A stretch of DNA of 47,647 nt from Macrostomum lignano (taxonomy: Eukaryota). Location of the stretch: assembly GCA_002269645.1 (NCBI GenBank), contig NIVC01001227.1, positions 34,682 through 82,328 of the forward strand, in the 5' to 3' direction. Position 1 is the first letter of the stretch; the number at the start of each line of letters is the position of its first letter. A program made the translations under genes and the position numbers. The notes beneath the pieces are model-generated. The model was given only the letters and a program-made list of their open reading frames with translations. It was not told the DNA's origin and did not search any database. Below are positions 21,575 to 33,674 of this stretch, piece after piece.

Positions 21575-24500
21575 ATGCAAGTTTTGCGGGTGTTATTTAT
21601 CTTTCTGGCTGTTGCATGCGTTAATGCTCAAGCTGGGCAAAGGGAGCCACAAAGATTTCAAAAGCCAAAGCTTGCGTCATTCACGATGCCAACCTTGAAA
21701 GTTCTTTATTGGTAAGAGCTCTTTTTATTTTGATGGCTAATATTGAAATTAGTCTTTAGGTCCAAAACTAAGAGATAGGTCAGCCTTATGTATGAAGTTA
21801 TGTTATGTAGGCCCTAGGCGGCCAGGCCTACTTAATAAATTAAATAATAATACCTTACTTTGGGCTACACTTAGGCCTAGGCCTAGTTTAACATTTAAGA
21901 ATAAGTATTTAAAAAAATTGCCATTTTTTGTGCTTTGTATAATAGGGGGTTAGTTTCTTTTAGTGATAATCCATAGTTATCATAGTTTGGAAGGCAACAT
22001 ATATGCCAAGATTTCCTGGTGTATGACAAGGGTCTTACCATTTTTCAGCATATACCAAGGTATATCCTGGCATACATGGCACAGTAGAGTAGATACATCA
22101 TGTTAAATGATAATTTTTTTATATTGGCACACAAACCTGGTCTAGTGTGGTGTACAAATGAGGTTGTCATTTTTTCTAGCATTAAACCTGGCGTACACTA
22201 ATATACCATCCAAACTATGGCATAATTAGGATTAAATAAGGCAATACTCAGCAAATTTCACCAATTTTTCTAGTGCAAATAGGCTATTTCTCCAATGCAC
22301 TAGGCATCCTTTGTTCTTATAGTTATATTTGTATTTTTTGAAGTTTTTTTGCTTTTGCTTAATTATAGCACAGATTTCCTTTTTTAGTATATAGGATTAT
22401 GCTAAGTATATGCCCAAGCCAGGCGCAGATCTAGAAAATTTTTGAGTAGGAGGCCAAGCTATACCAAGCACTATAACCCTATATTGGAAAATAGACCTGG
22501 TATAGTAATAGGCCAAAAAAGTATGATTAAAATTTCTTTAGCTGCGGCTAAGGAAGGGGGCCATGGCCCCCCTCTGGATCTGCCCCTGGCCCAAGCAAAA
22601 ATTGAGTAAATACAAAAGTATACCAAAAAATAAGTACATACTCTAATAAATGACGTTTGAGTTGCAATAATAAATAACCTTTTTGCATTGCATAAGGGGT
22701 ATGCAGTCATTTTGTCTGCTACCTTTTTGTCTACTGACAGACAAAACAACTTTTTAAGAAGAAAAATGAAGGTATAGCTACATAGCTAATAAAGCTAATT
22801 TTCTATAATTAATTATTGCAAATCATGCAAAGAGTTAAAATGGGGTGTCAGTTTTTCTAAGTGTAATTTTGTTTATAGCAATATTTCAAAGAAATATGAT
22901 ATAAATTTTAAATATCCATAGAAAAGAAGAACGTATACTGATAAGAAAGGATGCTGTAGTTATGAATATTGAAGGCAGAGACAGAGCTCATTGTTAAAAA
23001 TCATTTGCTGGCTATTATGAGCATTATTATGACCCGATCCAATGATAATTAATGCATTTTCATTAGGAACAATTATTCAGCTTACAAAATTCATATACAA
23101 AAAGTTAGTGTATGTGTATATGTATACTATGGGTCCCTTGGGAAAAATATTTTTAGATTATACACTTGTGCTTCTAGTTCTAATATAATGTACTTTTTAA
23201 GATATAAAGGTTTTATTTTTATTATTATATGTATCAGCCTCATACAACAACAACAACAAGGTACTGCTCCCGCCGGCCACGCAGTAGCCAGAAAGGGGGG
23301 AGCAGTCAGAAAGTGCGTCTCTGGGCCATTGCCCTCAGGTTGAAGGTGGCAATTCTAAACGCGCTTCCTGGTACAGCTGGGGCCCGGACTTGTTGGGCCT
23401 CACGGTCTCCTGCGCCACCAGGCAGAACCAATTGGATAGGGGCCGGGTCAAGCAAACTTGCTCCCAGTCTTTCCACTTCCACCTCGAAGTGTCTATGCCT
23501 CTGGGCTTGCCACTCTCCCATCTATCACACCTGGCAAGCTCTAGGCAGTCCAGCACCCAAACCCCCAATCACCCCATCTGTGGTCTGCACTGAGGGGAGC
23601 AGAAACACAACACTGTTGTTAAGAAACTCATAGAGTTGACTATAACAATTGTTATTATTTATTTAGTCTTATAGTCTTAATTAACAAAGTCTATTTAAAG
23701 TCTGTTATGATTAATATAATAGAATTATACCACAATGTTTTGCACAGATTTGAATTTAATATGTGCATCTGTAGTCATGCCCCCTAAATCTTTACCTGTA
23801 TATAGAGCATTAAGTGTTTAATTATAGGTTTTTAGTTTTCTTTATTGCTAGTCATGTGGCACTTACTATAGCTTTCTTAAACCCATTTTATATACTGTGA
23901 TATCCCAATTTTAGCATACATAAATTGATTTAATGTCAGTTCAAGTCTTTATATTTTACTTTTAATTCCCATATTTTTAGTTACTCCTGAGGCTACCGCC
24001 GGGTGTTTGAGGAATTTGCCCACATCTTGTCGCAGAAGTTCCCCACTCTGCACATCGAAGGGGACAATTATCCTCCACCCACATGGCGGCAACAACTGTG
24101 CAGCACTCTGTCAGTCATCAAATTCGCCATCATCATTGCTATCCTATCCGGCTTGGATCCGTTCCCCTACCTGGGCGTGGCCACTCCCCACGTGTTCACC
24201 CTGGCGCAGGAGAACAAGCTCTACGCCTGCATGATGTTGTTCTTTGTTGGCAACGCGATCGAGGGCCAGCTCATCTCCACTGGGGCTTTTGAAGTGTCCT
24301 ACAATGGTCAGTGTGAATGGGTGAATGGGCAGGGGGTTTGCGGGCGACATCCTCCCGCATCCAGCACTGAGGCGATTCTCTGTGCCCTGGGGGTTGGCCC
24401 TCATGGCTGTGAATGGCACAACTCCCCTCCCCCCCAATATGAAACCTACGCCAGCATCCATCATCAACCCGGTAAGCTCAACCCAACCCGCAGACATGGT

Positions 24501-24606
24501 CATCTGGTCCAAACTGGAGAACGGCCGCGTGCCCTCGCCAAGCGAACTGATTAACATTATCGACAGCCAGTTATCGATGAGCTCATCGTCCATTCCTAGT
24601 TCATAG
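21575..24606 (+). CDS. SELENOT: Selenoprotein T; exons 21575-21711, 23981-24306, 24494-24606; Sec UGA at 23988-23990; 191 aa
   Basis: Signal peptide, then LYC|YS-UGA-GYRRVFEEF (CxxU), IEGDNYPP, ENKLYACMMLFFVGNAIEGQLISTGAFEV, IWSKLENGRVPS; phases consistent (576 nt). Confidence 0.95.
22420..22588. mobile_element. hAT-family MITE (169 bp) in SELENOT intron 1
   Basis: TIRs caggcgcagatctaga / tctggatctgcccctg (14/16 match); 8-bp TSD gcccaagc at 22412-22419 and 22589-22596. Confidence 0.85.
23243..23620 (-). mobile_element. Probable short non-LTR (RTE-like) derivative in SELENOT intron 1
   Basis: GC-rich island in an AT-rich intron; minus-strand FRIATFNLRAM resembles the start of an APE endonuclease; (TTG)n tail at the 3' end. 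Confidence 0.35.
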
Positions 24607-24769
24607 TTCATACTGAACTTAATTTTTGTTTTTCATAGTGCATGCGAAATGACTCGTCTCTTCATTTTTATTTATGTCAAAGCTGTATTACTTATTTTAA
24701 CTGTCATGAAATTCCCATCTGACTTGCTCTGGATAGTTTTACTTAAGTTACTCTAAGAGAATCTTAGTA

Positions 24770-25185
24770 TGTGGAAAGGATTCCAAGTGAAATCATAGTT
24801 GCTATGTGGAAAGGATTCTCCTATCGGCATCCAAGGGAAATCCCAGTTGCTATGTAGGCAGGATTCCCCTTTCGGTATCTAAGGGGTCTCAGTTGCTATG
24901 CAAAAGAAATCACCCATCGGTATCCAAGGGAAATCCTAGTTGCTATACAGAAAGGATTCCCCTTTCGGTATCCAAGGGAAATCTTAGTTGCTATACAGGA
25001 AGGATTCCCCTTTCGGTATCCAAGGGAAATCCTAATTGCTATACAGGAAGGATTCCCCTTTCGGTATCCAAGGGAAATCCTAATTGCTATACAGGAAGGA
25101 TTCCCCTTTCGGTATCTAAGGGAAATCCTAGTTGCTATACAGGAAGGATTCCCCTTTCGGTATCCCAGGGAAATCCCAGTTAATA
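24770..25185. repeat. 48-bp minisatellite between the SELENOT stop and the SECIS
   Basis: gggaaatcctagttgctatacaggaaggattcccctttcggtatccaa, about 8 copies. Confidence 0.92.
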
Positions 25186-25303
25186 TGCGACAAAAATATA
25201 TCCAGCAGTATCCAAGGTAAAATCCATTCGAACAATCTGCATTACTTAAGATAAAATGCAAATGTCAGAAGCGACTCGCTGCTCTAACCAAACAGAACTC
25301 ACA

Positions 25304-25382
25304 CAGCGCGCTCTGAATGACGAACAGTTTGGCCGAAAACTCGGAACAAAATTCGAGTGGCCACTGGTCTGAAAATGGCTGC
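25304..25382 (+). promoter_or_regulatory. Type II SECIS element of SELENOT
   Basis: ATGAC core (25317), stem gaacagt(tt)ggccg pairing with tggccactggtc, unpaired AAAA (25336-25339), mini-stem ctcg/cgag, 3' TGAA (25370); AATAAA at 25599. Confidence 0.78.
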
Positions 25383-25729
25383 TTAAAACAGTTGAGCAGC
25401 CGGCGCCTGCCTGTCAGTCTGTACAGTCTTATGCGATAACTGATTGACCCAATTGATTTCTGATTTCTGTTCCAGCGCTTATCCCAGATTTACCAGTCGA
25501 TATTGAATTAAAAACGGTTTGCGTTTGTTTTCAGTTTTTGCAAATTCTGTCTGCATCGATCCTAAAGCAAAATTTTACCCATAATTTGTTATTGGATTAA
25601 TAAACGCAGGAATGTGTACACCCGGATGTTGTCTTTTAGAGCTTTCTTGTCGGTTTTATTTATTTTTTAGTAAATCCTTAGTCTAATTTCTCGATTGGTC
25701 CTGCTTGTTTCATTAGTTTGAAAATAGCA

Positions 25730-25900
25730 ATTGATTTCACCTGCCCCAATGGATAGATGTGCAACCGACAGTTCAGCCGCAGCCATTGCGCGGCGCATCT
25801 GAAGGCTGCGCACGTCCTTATCTTGCTCAAGGACACACAAATTGTTCCGAGTGGGTCGGGAATCGAACCCCCGTCGTGAGACCCATAGGCTACAACCCCC
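25730..25900 (-). mobile_element. tRNA-derived SINE fragment
   Basis: Minus-strand B-box ggttcgattccc followed by gtgtccttgagcaag, a motif seen in SINE central domains; no complete cloverleaf. Confidence 0.45.
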
Positions 25901-25993
25901 ATTAAAATAAAGTTGGCCAGTGCAAAGAATTTCCCCATAGATTTCGAGACCGAATATTCGACCCCCCCCCCCCCCACAGCTGCAGCAGCAGGC

Positions 25994-27461
25994 ATGACCA
26001 CAGCTCACAGGCCGACATTCGACACCGCCCGCGGCGGGCAGGGCATGCGCGAGCGCGACCTCAGCGCCCAGTCCAAGCAGTACAGCTCGCGCGATCTGCC
26101 CAGCCACACCCGCCTGAAATACCGCCAGGACGGCCAGGGCACCGCCGAGGATGCCCGAGTCAGCAGCCGCGACTTCAAGCGCGACCTGGAGGACCGCGAG
26201 CGCCGACATCGCGGCGGCGGCGGCGGCAGCAGCGCCGATGAGCCATCGACCTCCTCTTCGTCGTCGAAGCGGGCCCGCCTGACCGACGGCTCCGCTGCGG
26301 CGCTGCCGGCCAACCTGGACGCCGACGACGCGGCCGTGGCCGCCGCCGACTTGGATTCGGACGCCGACTCCGCCGACGAAGGCGACGAGGACGAAGCGGC
26401 CGAGTTGATGGCCGAGCTGGCCAAGATTCGGCGCGAGCGGGAGGCGGAGGCCGCGCGCAGGTGGGTCTTGAAGTGTCCGTGGGCATTGTCCTTGTAGACT
26501 CGGCTGGGATTTCCCTTCTAGAATCAGATGGGATTTCCCTTCTAGAGTCAGCTGGGATTTCCCTTCTAGAGTCAGCTGGGATTTCCCTTCTAGAGTCAGC
26601 TGGGATTTTCCTTCTAGAGTCAGCTGGGATTTCCCTTCTAGAGTCAGCTGGGATTTCCCTTCTAGAGTCAGCTGGGATTTCCCTTCTAGAGTCAGCTGGA
26701 ATTTCCCTTCTAGAGTCAGCTGGGATTTCCCTTGTAGAGTCAGCTGGGATTTCCCTTGTAGAGTCAGCTGGGATTTCCCTTGTAGAGTCAGCTGGGATTT
26801 CCCTTCTAGAGTCAGCTAGGATTTCCCTTGTAGAGTCAGCTGGGATTTCCCTTGTAGAGTCAGCTAGGATTTCCCTTGTAGAGTCAGCTGGGATTTCCCT
26901 TGTAGAGTCAGCTAGGATTTCCCTTGTAGAGTCAGCTGGGATTTCCCTTGTAGAGTCAGCTGGGATTTCCCTTCTAGAGTCGGCTGGGATTTCCCTTCTA
27001 GAGTCGGCTGGGATTTCCCTTGTAGAGTCAGCTGGGATTTCCCTTGTAGAATCAGCTGGGATTTCCCTTGTAGAGTCAGCTGGGATTTCCCTTGTAGAGT
27101 CAGCTGGGATTTCCCTTGTAGAGTCAGCTGGGATTTCCCTTCTAGAGTCCCTTCACCATTCTCCAGTCACCTAATTCCCCCTTTCCCCTGCAGAGAGGCT
27201 GAGCGGCAGGCAGATGAGGAGCGCATCCGCACGGAGAACATTCTTAAGGGCAACCCGCTGCTTAACAAGTCCAAGCAGGGCGCCTCGTCCAGCGGCTCGG
27301 GAGGCGGCGACTTCAAAGTGAAGCGTCGCTGGAACGACGACGTCGTATTTAAAAACTGCGCCCGCGACGATGACGAAGGTCGGCAGCGGCCGGCCAGCTT
27401 CATTAACGACACGCTGCGCTCGGAATTCCACAAGAAGTTCATGGACAAGTACATTAAATAG
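25994..27461 (+). CDS. CWC15: Spliceosome-associated protein CWC15; exons 25994-26460 and 27194-27461; 244 aa
   Basis: [89 protein letters not shown]. Confidence 0.97.
26497..27148. repeat. 24-bp intronic minisatellite (~27 copies), CWC15 intron
   Basis: gagtcagctgggatttccctt(c/g)ta. Confidence 0.95.
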
Positions 27462-27764
27462 ACTGTAAAAGTACATTTGCGTTTCCTCCTAGTAACTGCG
27501 GGTCTGATTTGCTATAATATCTATCTTGTGTTTTTGTTGTAAGTTTTCATGCTTGTTTAGGTTGCATACTATTAATCAGCGTAAGTTTTATGTGTAATAC
27601 TTTGCGCACTAATAAATTGTTCATAATAAATTTAATTAAAGAACGAAAAATGCTGACTACTCTACTAATAGTAAGTATATATACGCAGGTTTAAACGGAT
27701 GGCCTGCTGCGTCTTTTTGAATTAATTAGTTCATTCTCATGTCTAACATCATCTTAGCCCCTTG

Positions 27765-28597
27765 GCTCGCTGCCTAATGGGAATCTAAGCTCACTGGCCC
27801 AATGCCTAATGGGAGTCTAAGTTCACTGGCTCGCTGCCTAATGGGAGTCTAAGCTCACTGGCCCAATGCCTAATAGGAGTCTAAGTTCACTGGCTCGCTG
27901 CCTAATGGGAGTCTAAGCTCACTGGCCCAATGCCTAATGGGAGTCTAAGCTCACTGGCCCATTGCCTAATGGGAGTCTAAGCTCACTGGCCCAATGCCTA
28001 ATGGGAGTCTAAGTTCACTGGCTCGCTGCCTAATGGGAGTCTAAGTTCACTGGCTCGCTGCCTAATGGGAGTCTAAGCTCACTGGCCCAATGCCTAATGA
28101 GTCTAAGCTCACTGGTCCACTGTCTAATGAGAGTCTAATCTCACTAACCCACTGCCTAATGGGAGTCTAAGTTCACTGGCTCAATGCCTAATGGGAGTCT
28201 AAGCTCACTGATCTACTGCCTAATCGGAGTCTAAGCTCACTGGCCCAATGCCTAATGAGAGTCTAAGCTCACTGGCCCACTGCCTAATGGGAGTCTAAGT
28301 TCACTGGCTCAATGCCTAATGGGAGTCTAAGCTCACTGATCTACTGCCTAATCGGAGTCTAAGCTCACTGGCCCAATGCCTAATCGGAGTCTAAGCTCAC
28401 TGGCCCAATGCCTAATGAGAGTCTAAGCTCACTGGCCCACTGCCTAATGGGAGTCTAAGTTCACTGGCTCAATGCCTAATGGGAGTCTAAGCTCACTGAT
28501 CTACTGCCTAATCGGAGTCTAAGCTCACTGGCCCAATGCCTAATGAGAGTCTAAGCTCACTGGCCCACTGCCTAATGGGAGCCTAAGCTCCTAAGCT
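27765..28597. repeat. 32-bp intergenic minisatellite (~26 copies)
   Basis: gcctaatgggagtctaagctcactggcccaat with variant blocks. Confidence 0.95.
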
Positions 28598-28675
28598 CCC
28601 ACTAAAAAGAGCCAACTGAACTTCCCTGACTGCTGCAGCATTTGTGAGTTCAACTCTCTCTGCATTTTCTGTCTC

Positions 28676-31603
28676 ATGGTGCCCACACCGCGCAGTCTCA
28701 GAAGCAGAAGACCTGCTTCCGCCTCTGCTACAGCAGTGCTCTCAGAGAAGCAGCAGCAAGCGGCGGCAGCTCCCAGCGCTGCCAAGCGCCAGATAAAAGC
28801 AGACACAAAGAAGACTGTTCCAGACAAGAAGAAAGCCAGAAAGCAAAAACAACAGGCAGCCACTGCTGCATCTCCGCAACCTCCGATGCAGCGGAAACTG
28901 CAGCCGGATCTGCTGCTTCTGGGCGCCCACGTCTCAGTGGCCGGCGGCCTGCACCGCGCCTTCGCTAACGCGCGCGCAATCGGCGCTGACAGCCTGGCGC
29001 TATTCGTGCGCAACCAGCGCCGATGGGAGTCGAAGCCGCTGCTGCCTGAGGAGGCCGCCGAGTTTCAGTCGGCGATGCGGAGCAGCGGTTTCAAGCCGGA
29101 GGCTGCGCTGCCGCACGGCAGCTACCTCATCAACTGCGCCTCTCCCAATGCCGAGGTCAGGCGGCGCAGTCTGACGGCTTTGATCGACGAGATGGACAGG
29201 TTGGAAATCGGGAAATTTTCGCTCTGTGCGATCCTGTCCATTGCAGTGTGTTTATGTGCACTGGCTGATGATAATTTCCCCTGGATAACCAGCAGGGATT
29301 TCCCTTGAAAAACCAGAAGGGATTCCCTAGAGAGCCTGCAGGGATTTCCCTTGAAAAACCAGAAGGGATTCCTGAGAGCCAACAGGGATTCCCTAGAGAG
29401 CCAGCAGGGATTTCCCTTGAAAAACCGGAAGCGATTTCCTATAGAGCCTGCAGGGATTTCCCTGAAAAACCATAAGGAATTCCCTAGAGAGCCTGCAGGG
29501 ATTTCCCTTCACAAAACAGAAAGGATTCCCTGGAGAGCCAGCAGGGATTTCCCTTGAAAAACCAGAAGGGATTCCCTGAAGATCCAACGGGGATTTCCCT
29601 TGAAAAACCAGAAGGGATTCCATGAAGAGCCAGCAGGGATTTCCCTTGAAAAACCAGAAGGGATTCCCTGAAGAGCCAACGGGGATTTCCCTTGAAAAAC
29701 CAGAAGGGATTCCCTAGAGAGCCAGCAGGGATTACCCTAAAAACTGAGCTTCCACTGAGCTTCAATGTGAGTTTCAAACCTGCGATACGCGCGAGGAGCC
29801 GGGACCTTACCTGTGAACAAACGCGCTTGCAGTTCTATTTAACTATTCAAATGCATTCTTTTCTTGCTACTCAAGAGTAGGCGAACTCTTTTTGGCATAA
29901 CTGCCTGCCTCAACGCTGGCTGAGGGTGCCTTGATTTTCGGTAGTGTCCAACCCCCCCCCCCTCCCTCCGTGAATGATGGAGAGGACACTGGAGAAATGT
30001 ACATTCCTTCTATTTATCAGCAAAGGGTATTTTACAATTTTTATAAAGTGCCAATTTCCCATTCCCGTCAGGTGCCGCAGGCTGGGCCTCCAGCTGTACA
30101 ATCTTCACCCCGGCTCAGCTGGTGCCGCTAATCATGACCGGCCGGTCGCCATTGAGCGTCTGGCCGATGCGCTGGCCGAGGCTCTGACTACAGTGCCCGA
30201 CGTTTGCCTGGTGCTGGAGAACGCGGCAGGACAGGTGAGCCCCGGGTTCGGAATTCCCCTGTTCCCTGTGAATGAGTGTCCGCCCCCTTCCCCTGTTCCC
30301 TGTGAATGAGTGTCCGCCCCCTTCTCCTGTTCCCTGTGAATGATTTCCCGCCCCCTTCCCCTGTTCCCTGTGAATGAGTTTCCGCCCCCTTCTCCTGTTC
30401 CCTGTGAATGAGTGTCCGCCCCCTTCCCCTGTTCCCTGTGAATGAGTGTCCGCCCCCTTCCCCCGTTCCCTGTGAATGATTTCCCGCCCCCTTCCCCTGT
30501 TCCCTGTGAATGATTTCCCGCCCCCTTCCCCTGTTCCCTGTGAATGATTTCGCGCCCCTTTCCCCTGTTCCCTGTGAATGAGTGTCCGCCCCCTTCCCCT
30601 GTTCCCTGTGAATGAGTGTCCGCCCCCTTCCCCTGTTCCCTGTGAATGAGTGTCCGCCCCCTTCCCCTGTTCCCTGTGAATGATTTCCCGCCCCCTTCCC
30701 TGTTCCCTGTGAATGATTTCCCGCCCCCTTCCCCTGTTCCCTGTGAATGATTTCCCGCCCCCTTCCCCTGTTCCCTGTGAATGAGTGTCCGCCCCTTCCC
30801 TGTTCCCTGTGAATGATTTCCCGCCCCCTTCCCCTGTTCCCTGTGAATGAGTGTCCGCCCCCTTCCCCTGTTCCCTGTGAATGAGTGTCCGCCCCCTTCC
30901 CCTGTTCCCTGTGAATGATTTCCCGCCCCCTTCCCCTGTTCCCTGTGAATGATTTCCCGCCCCCTTCCCCTGTTCCCTGTGAATGAGTGTCCGCCCCCTT
31001 CCCTGTTCCCTGTGAATGATTTCCCGCCCCCTTCCCCTGTTACCTGTGAATGAGTGTCCGCCCCCTTCTAGCCTGGCTCCCCAGGCCGTGCTGTTCCCAT
31101 TATCCAGCAAAAAAATCCCCAACTCCAAAACGCAGGGCGGCAGTCTGGGAGGCAGCTTCACCGAGCTCGGCGACATTCTGACCGCCGTCCGCGGCCGTCT
31201 GCCAGCAGCGACGGACGCCGACAGCCGGCTGGGCGTCTGCATCGACACCTGCCACGCCTTCGCCTACGGTTACGACCTCCGCTGCCGGGCCGGGCTCGAC
31301 GCCGCCTTCGCAGAGCTGGCCGAGGCCCTCGGCCACCGGCCGCTGCTCCGCGGCCTTCACCTCAACGACTCCCGCGGCGGCCTCGGCTCTCGGGTCGATC
31401 GACACGCCGACATCGGCGACGGGCAGCTGGGCGCCGCGGCCTTCCGCCTGCTGCTGAGGCACCCGGCCGTCACGGCTGCGGCCGCGGCCCGCCCGCTGCC
31501 CATGGTGCTGGAGACGCCCGGGGTCGATCGGTACGGACTGCAGCTGGCCGCGCTGCGGGACCTGCTGCGGGACCCGGATGAGGAGGGCGATGGCCGAGAA
31601 TGA
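28676..31603 (+). CDS. APN1: AP endonuclease family 2 / endonuclease IV (APN1-like); exons 28676-29199, 30072-30234, 31136-31603; 384 aa
   Basis: [51 protein letters not shown] (Zn ligands intact); basic NLS-like KKKARKQK; phases consistent (1155 nt). Confidence 0.95.
29265..29740. repeat. ~46-bp intronic minisatellite, APN1 intron 1
   Basis: gcagggatttcccttgaaaaaccagaagggattccctagagagcc, about 10 copies. Confidence 0.92.
30255..31068. repeat. 34-bp intronic minisatellite (~24 copies, two variants), APN1 intron 2
   Basis: tcccctgttccctgtgaatga(gtgtc/tttcc)cgccccct. Confidence 0.95.
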
Positions 31604-31838
31604 TGAGGAGGGCGATGGCCGAGAATGATGAGGAGGGCGATGGCCGAGAATGATGAGGAGGGCGATGGCCGAGAATGATGAGGAGGGCAATGACCGAAAA
31701 TGATGAGGAGGGCGATGGCCGAGAATGATGAGGAGGGCGATGGCCGAGAATGATGAGGAGGGCGATGGCCGAGAATGATGAGGAGGGCAATGACCGAAAA
31801 TGATGAGGAGGGCGATGGCCGAGAATGATGAGGAGGGC
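31578..31838. repeat. 25-bp tandem repeat (~10 copies) beginning inside the APN1 terminal codons
   Basis: atgaggagggcgatggccgagaatg at 31578, 31603, ... Confidence 0.92.
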
Positions 31839-32599
31839 CACAACGGGTATGACGGAAACTGTAGTATGGGGCTCAGTGGAATTAGAAGTATACTCGTAAT
31901 TGGTGTTTGATTCTGAGGCATTCACACCTGCATTTTCAACCAAGAAAAAATTTTTTCAGTGTCCGATTTTAAAACCCCAAATGTCTACTTTTGTAAGTAG
32001 TTGATCTCGCAAGTAGTGTCATAGTTTCATTTAATTTACGATGACAGTGCTTCAAAAAATTAATCAATTCTCCCCCTTGCTCTGGAGTCGTGTTTTTTTT
32101 AATTTATGGCCTGTGCTGACTTGTTTATTTACTTCAAATTGAAAGGCAAAATAAAGCTTTAATGGGTGCCTCAGTGCCGACTGATTCGAGGCAGAAGTGG
32201 TTTTTAATCACCAAATTGATTAAGCAGTGAGCAGTCCTCTCCCAACTTGGCATCCAAAGTCCATCTGAACAGAGTTGCTCGAATTTCGTTAATTGGAAAA
32301 TTTTGGAGGGGGGGGGGTTCCGAGATCCAGCTGCCGCTCTTCACCCGAATTACAATTGCGTCACGTGACTCTCCAGCTGCGACCGGTTATTGCAGTTTCA
32401 CTTCTAGTGCGACCGGCTTCCGGCCATGCAGCTCCCACCGCCGTTGCACTTCCTCTGTTTGCGGCCTCCCCCGCCTTCCTGCCGCAGTCTGCTGTCCAGG
32501 CGCTTGTACCGAAGCTCTGCCACCGATTGACCTCCTCTTTTTCTGTTCCCACTCCCCTGCGTCTGTGTGACCCAATCACCCATCTCCGCGTCTGCAGAT

Positions 32600-33410
32600 C
32601 CCCGATCCCATCCCTGTGCAATACCTCCAATCTCATTCATATCGATCCCATCTCCCCAATCACATCCCCAATCCCATCCCCGATCCCAAATCACTGATCC
32701 CATCTCCTCGATCCCATCCCCATCCCATCTCCTCGATCCCATCCCCATCCCATCTCCTCGATCCCATCCCCATCCCATCTCCCCGATCCCATCCCCATCC
32801 CATATCACTGATCCCATCCCCGATCCCATCCCCATCTCATCTCACCGATCCCATCCCCATCCCATATCACTGATCCCATCCCCATCCCATCCCCATCCCA
32901 TCTCCCCTATCCCATCCTATCTCCCCGATCCCATCCCCATCTCATCTCACCGTCCCATCCCCATCCCATCTCACCGATCCCATCCCCATCCCATCTCACC
33001 GATCCCATCCCCATCCCATATCACTGATCCCATCCCCATCCCATCCCCGATCCCATCCCCATCTCATCTCACCGATCCCATCCCCATCCCATCTCCCCGA
33101 TCCCATCCCCATCCCATATCACTGATCCCATCTCCCCGATCCCATCCCCATCCCCATCCCATATCACTGATCCCATCTCCCCGATCCCATCCCCTATCCC
33201 ATCCCGATCCCATCCCCGATCCCATCCCCATCCCATATCACTGATCCCATCTCCCCGATCCCATTCCCATCCCATATCACTGATCCCATCCCCGATCCTA
33301 TTTCCCCGATACTATATCACTGATCCCATCTTCCCAATCCCATCTCCGCAAACAAATCCACGATCCCATCTCCCAGATACCATGCCCGATCCGATCTCCC
33401 CGATTCAATT
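32600..33410. repeat. (CCCAT/CCCGAT)-rich low-complexity repeat
   Basis: Direct inspection. Confidence 0.9.
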
Positions 33411-33674
33411 CCCAATTTCTTCTCTCACAGCCTCTCCCTGTGTTTCAATTTCCTTTCTCTCGCGTCCTTCCCTCTCCCCAGTCCCATTGTTATATCGCGC
33501 ATTCGGCCTCCCCACAGCGGATTTTCAGAGTCCCCATTGGCCCCCGCCCTGTTGCCATGGCTGCAGCAGCCGCATGCACCTGAGCTCGGCAGCGAGAGGC
33601 AGTAAAAATCCCAGCAGTTCCGGGGTCGGTGCCGATCCCCCCCCCCCAAGTCGCCTGCAGCCCAGCCTGAGCCG

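Noticed and set aside
24640-24745. ATGA-containing segments close to the SELENOT stop as SECIS candidates
   Set aside because: No convincing stem with apical AA and a matching GA; the 25304-25382 hairpin fits much better.
25840-25905. tRNA gene
   Set aside because: Only a B-box-like T-arm is present, no cloverleaf, and it continues into SINE-like sequence.
11221-31603. Bacterial contamination or recent horizontal transfer of PCS and endonuclease IV
   Set aside because: Both have spliceosomal introns with host-type minisatellites, and both families have known animal members (e.g. C. elegans pcs-1 and apn-1).
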